Source of the DNA: Escherichia coli
GTDB lineage: Bacteria > Pseudomonadota > Gammaproteobacteria > Enterobacterales > Enterobacteriaceae
Direction: 5' to 3' (one strand)
NCBI RefSeq assembly: GCF_016026235.1
Contig: NZ_CP065613.1
Length of the DNA stretch: 64,000 bases
Part shown: positions 55,336 through 64,000 of the stretch, in pieces
How the letters are laid out: the number at the start of each line of letters is the position of its first letter
How positions within the stretch are numbered: position 1 is the stretch's first letter
Made by a program: the position numbers and the translations under genes
Notes under the pieces: generated by a model
What the model was told of the DNA's origin: nothing
What the model saw: only the letters and a program-made list of their open reading frames with translations
Database searches by the model: none

Positions 55336-56493
55336 TCAGGATGCGGGGATAACCAACGGTTTATTCCCGCTTAGCTCGGTCACCAGGTCATTGATGCCAT
55401 CGCTCATATTTTTAAAGCGCGTCAACGGCGAACGAGTGACCACCACAAACGCGCCAATATTCTTCTGCGGGATCATCGCCATATAGGTAATGAAACCGCC
55501 ACCACCGCCTGTCTTCTGAATAATCCCCGGACGCCCCTCTTTCGGGGCCATATATACCCAGCCTAAACCAAGCGCATCCGCTTTGCCGGGGACATCCATA
55601 CCAATCACTTTCGTAAACTGCGCGCGCTGATAAATCAACGTCTGCATGCGATCAGCCTGGTTACTGCGCTGATAAAAATCAGATGACAAATACTGCTGCA
55701 TCCAGCGCATCATATCGCCAGGCGTGGAATAGACGCCGCCGCTGCCAATTGCCGCCAGCGTGTTATTGCATGGACTGGCACCGCGCTCTGCAACCATTAA
55801 ACGGCGGCACTGATCCGGTGAGGGGGTGTAGGTGGTGTCTTTCATCCCCAATGGACGGGTAATCTGCTCTTCAAACAACTGGGTATAAGGCTTGCCGGAC
55901 GCATTCGCCAGTGCATCTGCCAGCAGGTCGAACGCAAGGTTAGAGTACGCCGCCTGACTGCCTGGCGCGGCTTTCAGCTTCGCCGTAGAAAGGTATTTCC
56001 AGCGTTGCTCGCGCGTTGGCCAGACAAACACCGGACGATGTGCCGCGCCACCGGGCTGTTCACGGGGCAGGGCGCTGGTATGGGTTGCCAGATTGACCAG
56101 CGTAATGGGCGTCCCATTGTAGGTTGGCACGCGTGCGCCTGGCGGAGCATATTTACTTAGCGGATCGTTTAACTTCACGGTCCCCTGGTCGAGCAATTTC
56201 ACCAGCATCTCACTGGTCATTAGCTTGGTGAGGGAAGCAATACGCACGACCGAATCCAGTTGCGGGCGAACGTTATTACCAGGTCGCGTTTCGCCATAAC
56301 TGCGAAAGACGCGCTGGTTACCGTCGATAACAACCAGCGCCATCCCCGTGGCACCGCTGCCGTAAAAAATATGATCGGCATAACGATCGACAATATCAGA
56401 GGCAAACTCCGGTTCAGTGATCGGCTGCGCCGCATGGACGGAGGTCAATGACGCCGCACACAGCACGGCAGAAAAAAGCAGACTACGTTTCAA
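55336..56493 (-). CDS. ampH: Penicillin-binding protein AmpH (class C beta-lactamase-like DD-peptidase), 385 aa
   Basis: Signal peptide; SxxK active-site motif (ASLTK). Confidence 0.95.
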   Translation of the reverse strand: MKRSLLFSAVLCAASLTSVHAAQPITEPEFASDIVDRYADHIFYGSGATGMALVVIDGNQRVFRSYGETRPGNNVRPQLDSVVRIASLTKLMTSEMLVKLLDQGTVKLNDPLSKYAPPGARVPTYNGTPITLVNLATHTSALPREQPGGAAHRPVFVWPTREQRWKYLSTAKLKAAPGSQAAYSNLAFDLLADALANASGKPYTQLFEEQITRPLGMKDTTYTPSPDQCRRLMVAERGASPCNNTLAAIGSGGVYSTPGDMMRWMQQYLSSDFYQRSNQADRMQTLIYQRAQFTKVIGMDVPGKADALGLGWVYMAPKEGRPGIIQKTGGGGGFITYMAMIPQKNIGAFVVVTRSPLTRFKNMSDGINDLVTELSGNKPLVIPAS

Positions 56494-56844
56494 CGGTGGT
56501 GTCCATAAATTGAATGAAGGTAACTGAGCGTATTTATACTACTCATTGATGGATTGCAAAGGGCGAATTAGTGCAATAATAGTGTTAAAAACGTAACGGC
56601 GCGTAAACACGATCTTTTTCCTGCTCACCAATGCCTGCATTTGTGATCCTGCGCGTGTTAATCCGCTTATGTAAACAATCTTTGGTTTGTGAAATCCGTC
56701 GAAACAATTCTTATGGCCAGGCTGGCGAACTAAGCGCCTTGCTATGGGTCACAATGGGCGGTTTCATTTGGCTGACGCTTTGTAGCGGTCATGCGGTTAA
56801 TACACAGCAGTTGTTAAAACGATAAGAAGTTAGCAGGAGTGCAT

Positions 56845-58065
56845 ATGTTTAAGTCTTTTTTCCCAAAGCCGGGAGCGTTTTTTCTCTCGGCCTTTGTTTG
56901 GGCATTGATTGCCGTTATCTTCTGGCAAGCCGGTGGGGGTGACTGGGTGGCGCGTATCACCGGCGCTTCCGGGCAGATCCCGATTAGCGCCGCGCGTTTC
57001 TGGTCGTTGGATTTCCTGATTTTTTACGCTTACTACATTGTTTGCGTAGGACTTTTTGCATTGTTCTGGTTTATCTACAGCCCGCACCGTTGGCAATACT
57101 GGTCAATACTCGGTACTGCACTGATCATCTTCGTCACCTGGTTTTTGGTGGAAGTCGGGGTTGCCGTCAACGCCTGGTATGCACCGTTCTATGATCTGAT
57201 TCAAACCGCGCTAAGTTCGCCGCATAAAGTCACTATCGAACAATTTTACCGCGAAGTGGGCGTCTTTCTGGGGATTGCGCTGATCGCGGTAGTGATCAGT
57301 GTGCTGAATAACTTCTTTGTCAGTCACTACGTGTTCCGCTGGCGTACGGCGATGAACGAATATTACATGGCGAACTGGCAACAACTGCGTCATATCGAAG
57401 GCGCCGCACAGCGTGTGCAGGAAGACACCATGCGTTTTGCTTCAACGCTGGAGAATATGGGGGTCAGTTTTATCAACGCCATCATGACGTTGATCGCCTT
57501 CCTGCCGGTGCTGGTAACGCTCTCCGCGCATGTGCCGGAGCTGCCGATTATCGGGCACATTCCGTATGGTCTGGTGATTGCCGCTATCGTCTGGTCGCTG
57601 ATGGGGACCGGATTGCTGGCAGTGGTAGGGATCAAACTGCCGGGGCTGGAGTTTAAAAACCAGCGAGTAGAGGCTGCCTACCGTAAAGAGCTGGTTTATG
57701 GTGAAGACGATGCCACGCGCGCGACGCCGCCTACGGTACGCGAGCTGTTTAGCGCCGTACGGAAAAACTATTTCCGCCTCTATTTTCACTATATGTATTT
57801 CAACATCGCCCGCATTCTCTATTTGCAGGTCGATAACGTTTTCGGTTTGTTCTTGCTGTTTCCGTCAATTGTTGCCGGTACGATTACGCTCGGCCTGATG
57901 ACGCAGATTACCAACGTTTTTGGTCAGGTTCGCGGTGCTTTCCAGTACCTGATTAACTCATGGACCACACTGGTTGAGTTGATGTCTATCTACAAACGTC
58001 TGCGCAGCTTTGAACATGAGCTGGATGGTGACAAAATTCAGGAAGTAACCCATACCTTGAGCTAA
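56845..58065 (+). CDS. sbmA: Peptide antibiotic / microcin transporter SbmA, 406 aa
   Basis: Start at [13 protein letters not shown]; SbmA/BacA family membrane protein. Confidence 0.95.
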   Translation: MFKSFFPKPGAFFLSAFVWALIAVIFWQAGGGDWVARITGASGQIPISAARFWSLDFLIFYAYYIVCVGLFALFWFIYSPHRWQYWSILGTALIIFVTWFLVEVGVAVNAWYAPFYDLIQTALSSPHKVTIEQFYREVGVFLGIALIAVVISVLNNFFVSHYVFRWRTAMNEYYMANWQQLRHIEGAAQRVQEDTMRFASTLENMGVSFINAIMTLIAFLPVLVTLSAHVPELPIIGHIPYGLVIAAIVWSLMGTGLLAVVGIKLPGLEFKNQRVEAAYRKELVYGEDDATRATPPTVRELFSAVRKNYFRLYFHYMYFNIARILYLQVDNVFGLFLLFPSIVAGTITLGLMTQITNVFGQVRGAFQYLINSWTTLVELMSIYKRLRSFEHELDGDKIQEVTHTLS

Positions 58066-58077
58066 AAAGGAGAAGTA

Positions 58078-59172
58078 ATGTCGCGCGTCAATCCTCTATC
58101 TTCGCTGTCATTGTTGGCGGTTCTGGTTTTAGCGGGGTGCAGTAGTCAGGCTCCGCAACCGTTGAAAAAGGGCGAAAAAGCGATAGATGTAGCGAGCGTC
58201 GTGCGGCAGAAGATGCCTGCGAGCGTGAAAGACCGCGATGCCTGGGCGAAAGATCTCGCCACCACCTTTGAAAGTCAGGGGCTGGCACCGACGCTGGAAA
58301 ACGTCTGCTCGGTGCTGGCGGTGGCGCAGCAGGAGTCAAATTATCAGGCAGATCCGGCCGTTCCGGGCTTAAGCAAAATCGCCTGGCAAGAGATTGACCG
58401 TCGTGCTGAACGGATGCACATTCCTCCTTTTCTGGTTCATACCGCGCTAAAAATCAAATCGCCAAACGGCAAAAGTTATAGCGAACGGTTAGATTCGGTG
58501 CGTACAGAAAAGCAATTGAGCGCGATTTTTGACGATCTGATCAGCATGGTGCCAATGGGGCAGACGCTGTTTGGTTCGCTTAATCCGGTGCGCACCGGTG
58601 GGCCGATGCAGGTCAGCATTGCTTTTGCCGAACAGCATACCAAAGGGTATCCGTGGAAAATGGACGGTACAGTCCGTCAGGAAGTCTTTAGTCGCCGCGG
58701 CGGGTTGTGGTTTGGTACTTACCATTTACTGAATTATCCCGCCAGTTATAGCGCACCGATATACCGTTTTGCTGATTTTAACGCTGGCTGGTACGCCAGC
58801 CGTAATGCCGCGTTTCAGAACGCGGTCACTAAGGCCAGCGGCGTGAAGCTGGCACTGGACGGTGATTTAATTCGTTACGACAGTAAAGAACCCGGGAAAA
58901 CCGAACTGGCAACGCGCAAACTGGCGGCAAAACTGGGGATGAGCGACAGCGAAATTCGTCGTCAGCTAGAGAAAGGTGACAGCTTCTCTTTTGAGGAGAC
59001 GGCGCTGTACAAGAAAGTTTATCAACTTGCCGAAGCGAAAACGGGTAAATCACTCCCCCGCGAAATGTTGCCTGGCATTCAACTGGAAAGCCCGAAAATC
59101 ACCCGCAACCTGACTACGGCCTGGTTTGCGAAGCGCGTAGACGAACGGCGGGCGCGTTGTATGAAACAGTGA
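58078..59172 (+). CDS. yaiW: Outer-membrane lipoprotein YaiW, 364 aa
   Basis: Lipobox LAGCSS after the signal peptide; 13 bp downstream of sbmA. Confidence 0.9.
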   Translation: MSRVNPLSSLSLLAVLVLAGCSSQAPQPLKKGEKAIDVASVVRQKMPASVKDRDAWAKDLATTFESQGLAPTLENVCSVLAVAQQESNYQADPAVPGLSKIAWQEIDRRAERMHIPPFLVHTALKIKSPNGKSYSERLDSVRTEKQLSAIFDDLISMVPMGQTLFGSLNPVRTGGPMQVSIAFAEQHTKGYPWKMDGTVRQEVFSRRGGLWFGTYHLLNYPASYSAPIYRFADFNAGWYASRNAAFQNAVTKASGVKLALDGDLIRYDSKEPGKTELATRKLAAKLGMSDSEIRRQLEKGDSFSFEETALYKKVYQLAEAKTGKSLPREMLPGIQLESPKITRNLTTAWFAKRVDERRARCMKQ

Positions 59173-59230
59173 TCAAACAGGAATGTCATGCCAGATAAGG
59201 CGTTTTAGGCCGTATCTGGCAACGTAAATC

Positions 59231-59539
59231 TTACTGGCGGCGATGTCGCCAGTGCAGCCATAGCGCCACCACTGCAAAAATGAGGCAGCCTACTAAAAAC
59301 GGGATCAGCCCGAAAATGGTGCCGACACCTAAACCAATTTCCACCCGTGGGCGACCTGTTTCCTGGACCTGCATTAAACGCTCATAGACGCCGGGCGCAT
59401 GCACTAACAGGTTCAGCAATTGCGCCCCAGCCCAAAAGCAAAACAGCACAAACAACGCATAGGCAATGTTGCCAGGCGTTGAAGAGGCATTGCGATATTT
59501 TCCGCTAAACAGCGATTTTGACAGGGTGAAATCAGCCAT
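59231..59539 (-). CDS. yaiY: Small inner-membrane protein YaiY (DUF2755), 102 aa
   Basis: Two hydrophobic helices; conserved position. Confidence 0.85.
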
Positions 59540-59798
59540 AAAAACCTCCGGAAGTCATCTGCTTCTCTTCTGGTGTGATACCAGCGGCTTATGGCAAGTC
59601 TGACAGGTCATTTAGATTGTCAATATCAGAATCATGGTAAATTGATGTTGGGAATATTCCCGAAGCGTGAATCTTCGTTGCGAGTCACAAAATGGCAATC
59701 TTAAGTTAAATTTATTAACAATTATAAAAATGTTGTCTACACCACAGACGGTTGTTGCAGAATATGCAAGGATGTTGTTTTTCGTTAACGGAGCAGCC

Positions 59799-60011
59799 AT
59801 GAATCTGCCTGTAAAAATCCGCCGTGACTGGCACTACTATGCGTTCGCCATTGGCCTTATATTCATTCTTAATGGCGTGGTGGGGTTACTGGGATTTGAA
59901 GCAAAAGGTTGGCAGACCTATGCCGTCGGTCTGGTGACGTGGGTGATTAGTTTCTGGCTGGCGGGGTTGATTATTCGTCGTCGCGATGAAGAAACTGAAA
60001 ACGCCCAATAA
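59799..60011 (+). CDS. yaiZ: Small membrane protein YaiZ, 70 aa
   Basis: Start at MNLPVKIRRDWHYY; two predicted TM helices. Confidence 0.7.
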   Translation: MNLPVKIRRDWHYYAFAIGLIFILNGVVGLLGFEAKGWQTYAVGLVTWVISFWLAGLIIRRRDEETENAQ

Positions 60012-60034
60012 GAATATTATCGGGCGTTAAAATA

Positions 60035-61129
60035 TTACATTGTGGTTTTCAATGCGTTATCCGCAGCGTGACGCTCCAGCGCCAGCTCAATCAAACGTGT
60101 GATCAGATCGGTGTAACCCAGACCGCTGGCTTGCCACAGCTTCGGATACATACTGATGTTGGTGAAGCCAGGCAGTGTGTTGATCTCGTTGATCACCACT
60201 TCGTTCTCTGGGGTTAAAAACACGTCTACACGCGCCATGCCTGCGCATCCCAACGTCTGATAAGCCTGAACGGCAATCGCCCGGATCTTATCGTTGATTT
60301 CTGGCGCAATGGCTGCCGGAACTACCACTTTCGCGCCATCTTCGTCAATGTACTTGGTGTCGTAGGCATAGAAATCGCTGGTGAGTACGATCTCGCCACA
60401 GGTGCTGGCTTGCGGATTGTCGTTGCCCAGAACTGCGCATTCGATCTCACGACCTTTGATCCCTTGCTCAACGATCACTTTATGATCGAACTCGAACGCC
60501 AGATCGACGGCAATTGCGTACTGTTCTTCACTGGTTACTTTGCTGACACCAACAGAAGAGCCCTGATTAGCCGGTTTTACAAACAGTGGTAACCCCAGTT
60601 TAGACTCCACTTCGGCAAAACTGATGTTGTGACGATTAGCGCGCGTCAGGGTAATAAATGGCGCAATGTTCAGCCCGGCATCGCGCAGCAGACGTTTGGT
60701 GACATCTTTATCCATACAGGCTGCTGAAGCCAGAACATCAGAACCTACAAACGGTAAATTGGCGACCCGCAGCATTCCCTGCAAGGAACCATCTTCGCCC
60801 AGCGTACCGTGGACAATCGGGAAAATGACATCCACCGTCGGCAACGGCTGACCGTTTTGCGCGTCGATAAGCTGATGCTCATGTTTACCTGGCACCTGCG
60901 CAAGGCTGGTCGCCGAAGGGCGCAACGCAATATGGGCAGGATCGTCTGCATTTAGCAGATAATTGCTGGCATCGCTGACGTGCCATTGCCCTTGTTTATC
61001 AATGCCCAGCAGCACAACGTCGAAGCGACTTTTATCAATGGCATCGACAATGTTTTTTGCCGATTGCAGAGACACTTCATGTTCCGCTGATTTACCACCA
61101 AAAACGATTCCTACCCGCAGTTTTTCCAT
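60035..61129 (-). CDS. ddlA: D-alanine--D-alanine ligase A (ATP-grasp), 364 aa
   Basis: N-terminus [27 protein letters not shown]; ATP-grasp fold. Confidence 0.95.
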   Translation of the reverse strand: MEKLRVGIVFGGKSAEHEVSLQSAKNIVDAIDKSRFDVVLLGIDKQGQWHVSDASNYLLNADDPAHIALRPSATSLAQVPGKHEHQLIDAQNGQPLPTVDVIFPIVHGTLGEDGSLQGMLRVANLPFVGSDVLASAACMDKDVTKRLLRDAGLNIAPFITLTRANRHNISFAEVESKLGLPLFVKPANQGSSVGVSKVTSEEQYAIAVDLAFEFDHKVIVEQGIKGREIECAVLGNDNPQASTCGEIVLTSDFYAYDTKYIDEDGAKVVVPAAIAPEINDKIRAIAVQAYQTLGCAGMARVDVFLTPENEVVINEINTLPGFTNISMYPKLWQASGLGYTDLITRLIELALERHAADNALKTTM

Positions 61130-61592
61130 CTTAAAAACCTATCCCGTCTAACACAAAGTGCATACATTACCACGACAAAACGGGGGATTCGCGGCCTTCT
61201 GAAAGATTGTTGCAATCTTCTGCTGACAAAGCGTGCAACGTACTGGTGAAGAAAGTGCGTTATCTCAAAGATGTGCGCAAGATCACAAAAATGATGAACG
61301 GGAAGCTAATTTATTCCTGGCTTAAATGGCCATGCGGTGAGTTTTTTTTCTCTTAATTATAAGTTAACGAAGAGAATATATTTCATAACTTTTATTTATA
61401 ATAAAGGTTGATAATTAAAAGCCTATATTTTGTGTGGGTAATTATTTAAATAAGAGAAACGTTTCGCTGGTAATCAAACAAAAAATATTTGCGCAAAGTA
61501 TTTCCTTTGTCATAAAAATAATACTTCCAGACACTATGAAGTTGTGAAACATAATGTTAACTTCTCCATACTTTGGATAAGGAAATACAGAC

Positions 61593-61853
61593 ATGAAAAA
61601 TCTCATTGCTGAGTTGTTATTTAAGCTTGCCCAAAAAGAAGAAGAGTCGAAAGAACTGTGTGCGCAGGTAGAAGCTTTGGAGATTATCGTCACTGCAATG
61701 CTTCGCAATATGGCGCAAAATGACCAACAACGGTTGATTGATCAGGTAGAGGGGGCGCTGTACGCGGTAAAGCCCGATGCCAGCATTCCTGACGACGATA
61801 CGGAGCTGCTGCGCGATTACGTAAAGAAGTTATTGAAGCATCCTCGTCAGTAA
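61593..61853 (+). CDS. iraP: Anti-adaptor protein IraP, 86 aa
   Basis: 86-aa coiled-coil ORF upstream of phoA. Confidence 0.9.
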   Translation: MKNLIAELLFKLAQKEEESKELCAQVEALEIIVTAMLRNMAQNDQQRLIDQVEGALYAVKPDASIPDDDTELLRDYVKKLLKHPRQ

Positions 61854-61873
61854 AAAGTTAATCTTTTCAACAG

Positions 61874-61908
61874 CTGTCATAAAGTTGTAACGGCCGAGAC
61901 TTATAGTC
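61874..61908 (+). promoter_or_regulatory. phoA promoter: Pho box (ctgtcataaagttgtaac) and -10 TATAGT
   Basis: PhoB-box-like direct repeats CTGTCATA.A.TTGT at 61874-61891; TATAGT at 61903-61908. Confidence 0.8.
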
Positions 61909-61953
61909 GCTTTGTTTTTATTTTTTTATGTATTTGTACATGGAGAAAATAAA

Positions 61954-63369
61954 GTGAAACAAAGCACTATTGCACTGGCACTCTTACCGTTACTGTTTAC
62001 CCCTGTGACAAAAGCCCGGACACCAGAAATGCCTGTTCTGGAAAACCGGGCTGCTCAGGGCGATATTACTGCACCCGGCGGTGCTCGCCGTTTAACGGGT
62101 GATCAGACCGCCGCTCTGCGTGATTCTCTTAGCGATAAACCTGCAAAAAATATTATTTTGCTGATTGGCGATGGGATGGGGGACTCGGAAATTACTGCCG
62201 CACGCAATTATGCCGAAGGTGCGGGCGGCTTTTTTAAAGGTATAGATGCCTTACCGCTTACCGGGCAATACACTCACTATGCGCTGAATAAAAAAACCGG
62301 CAAACCGGACTACGTCACCGATTCGGCTGCATCAGCAACCGCCTGGTCAACCGGTGTCAAAACCTATAACGGCGCGCTGGGCGTCGATATTCACGAAAAA
62401 GATCACCCAACGATTCTGGAAATGGCAAAAGCCGCAGGTCTGGCGACCGGTAACGTTTCTACCGCAGAGTTGCAGGATGCCACGCCCGCTGCGCTGGTGG
62501 CGCATGTGACCTCGCGCAAATGCTACGGTCCGGGCGCGACCAGTGAAAAATGTCCGGGTAACGCTCTGGAAAAAGGCGGAAAAGGATCGATTACCGAACA
62601 GCTGCTTAACGCTCGTGCCGACGTTACGCTTGGCGGCGGCGCAAAAACCTTTGCTGAAACGGCAACCGCTGGTGAATGGCAGGGAAAAACGCTGCGTGAA
62701 CAGGCACAGGCGCGTGGTTATCAGTTGGTGAGCGATGCTGCCTCACTGAATTCGGTGACGGAAGCGAATCAGCAAAAACCCCTGCTTGGCCTGTTTGCTG
62801 ACGGCAATATGCCAGTGCGCTGGCTAGGACCGAAAGCAACGTACCACGGTAATATCGATAAGCCCGCAGTCACCTGTACGCCTAATCCGCAACGTAATGA
62901 CAGTGTACCGACCCTGGCACAGATGACCGACAAAGCCATTGAATTGTTGAGTAAAAATGAGAAAGGCTTTTTCCTGCAAGTTGAAGGTGCGTCAATCGAT
63001 AAACAGGATCATGCTGCGAATCCTTGTGGGCAAATTGGCGAGACGGTCGATCTCGATGAAGCCGTACAACGGGCGCTGGAATTCGCCAAAAAGGATGGTA
63101 ACACGCTGGTCATAGTCACCGCTGATCACGCCCACGCCAGCCAGATTGTTGCGCCGGATACCAAAGCTCCGGGCCTCACCCAGGCGCTAAATACCAAAGA
63201 TGGCGCAGTGATGGTGATGAGTTACGGGAACTCCGAAGAGGATTCACAAGAACATACCGGCAGTCAGTTGCGTATTGCGGCGTATGGCCCGCATGCCGCC
63301 AATGTCGTTGGACTGACCGACCAGACCGATCTCTTCTACACCATGAAAGCCGCTCTGGGGCTGAAATAA
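61954..63369 (+). CDS. phoA: Alkaline phosphatase, 471 aa, GTG start
   Basis: Start at [21 protein letters not shown] (signal peptide); active-site DSAASATAW. Confidence 0.96.
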   Translation: MKQSTIALALLPLLFTPVTKARTPEMPVLENRAAQGDITAPGGARRLTGDQTAALRDSLSDKPAKNIILLIGDGMGDSEITAARNYAEGAGGFFKGIDALPLTGQYTHYALNKKTGKPDYVTDSAASATAWSTGVKTYNGALGVDIHEKDHPTILEMAKAAGLATGNVSTAELQDATPAALVAHVTSRKCYGPGATSEKCPGNALEKGGKGSITEQLLNARADVTLGGGAKTFAETATAGEWQGKTLREQAQARGYQLVSDAASLNSVTEANQQKPLLGLFADGNMPVRWLGPKATYHGNIDKPAVTCTPNPQRNDSVPTLAQMTDKAIELLSKNEKGFFLQVEGASIDKQDHAANPCGQIGETVDLDEAVQRALEFAKKDGNTLVIVTADHAHASQIVAPDTKAPGLTQALNTKDGAVMVMSYGNSEEDSQEHTGSQLRIAAYGPHAANVVGLTDQTDLFYTMKAALGLK

Positions 63370-63373
63370 AACC

Positions 63374-63412
63374 GCGCCCGGCAGTGAATTTTCGCTGCCG
63401 GGTGGTTTTTTT
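63374..63412 (+). terminator. Rho-independent terminator after phoA
   Basis: Stem cccggcag/ctgccggg followed by a T7 tract. Confidence 0.8.
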
Positions 63413-63487
63413 GCTGTTAGCAACCAGACTTAATGGCAGATCACGGGCGCATACGCTCATGGTTAAAACATGAAGAGGGATGGTGCT

Positions 63488-63808
63488 ATGAAAATTACAT
63501 TACTGGTTACCTTGCTTTTCGGTCTGGTTTTTTTAACCACCGTCGGCGCTGCCGAGAGAACCTTAACCCCACAACAACAGCGTATGACCTCCTGTAATCA
63601 GCAGGCGACGGCACAGGCGTTGAAAGGGGATGCTCGTAAGACCTACATGAGTGATTGCCTGAAGAACAGCAAGTCTGCGCCTGGTGAAAAAAGTTTGACG
63701 CCACAGCAGCAAAAGATGCGCGAATGTAATAATCAAGCAACGCAACAATCACTGAAAGGTGATGATCGTAATAAGTTTATGAGCGCCTGCCTCAAGAAAG
63801 CCGCCTGA
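63488..63808 (+). CDS. psiF: Phosphate-starvation-inducible protein PsiF, 106 aa
   Basis: Signal peptide; internally duplicated TPQQQ.M..CN.QAT...LKGD.R motif. Confidence 0.9.
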   Translation: MKITLLVTLLFGLVFLTTVGAAERTLTPQQQRMTSCNQQATAQALKGDARKTYMSDCLKNSKSAPGEKSLTPQQQKMRECNNQATQQSLKGDDRNKFMSACLKKAA

Positions 63809-63824
63809 TACCTGATAGTGCTAA

Positions 63825-63860
63825 CGGGTGAGCTACTAAAATGGCTCACCCGAAATTTCA
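63825..63860 (+). terminator. Hairpin after psiF (cgggtgagc/gctcacccg) with a weak T-tract
   Basis: 9-bp perfect stem, 10-nt loop. Confidence 0.55.
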
Positions 63861-64000
63861 TACTTCTGCCTTTAGCCCCGTCTCTATAATTTGGGAAAAT
63901 TGTTTCTGAATGTTCCCAAAAATAATGAATGATGAAAACTTTTTCAAAAAAGCGGCGGCGCACGGGGAGGAACCTCCTTTAACTCCTCAAAACGAACATC

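Noticed and set aside
61912-61953. Upstream ATG start for phoA
   Set aside because: It would place the Pho box and -10 inside the CDS; the GTG at 61954 gives the known signal peptide.

Overview
This window is an Escherichia coli-type chromosomal segment, collinear with the K-12 yahK-prp-cod-cyn-lac-mhp-frm-tau-hemB-ampH-sbmA-ddlA-phoA-psiF region, but it is not K-12. From the sequence I call 56 protein-coding genes, several REP/BIME repeat arrays, and a handful of promoters, operators and terminators. Four places depart from the K-12 arrangement as I recall it. (1) Between frmR and tauA (about 38.4-46.3 kb) sits a six-gene minus-strand cluster: a UhpA-like response regulator, a UhpB-like sensor kinase, a UhpC-like MFS sensor, and an AfuA/AfuB/AfuC-type ABC importer, all chained by stop/start overlaps; this is the strongest candidate for a distinct sugar-phosphate sensing and uptake system. 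(2) Between lacI and mhpR (24.2-26.1 kb) lie an MBL-fold metallo-hydrolase and a GlxA-like AraC regulator, whose 3-prime end contains the lacI promoter. (3) prpE appears to carry a 39-bp in-frame deletion that removes a conserved ANL-family motif. (4) The yaiT autotransporter gene is intact (974 aa), with no IS element. No CRISPR array, IS element, tRNA or rRNA was seen. All comparisons to K-12 are from memory, not from an alignment, and no database search was run.
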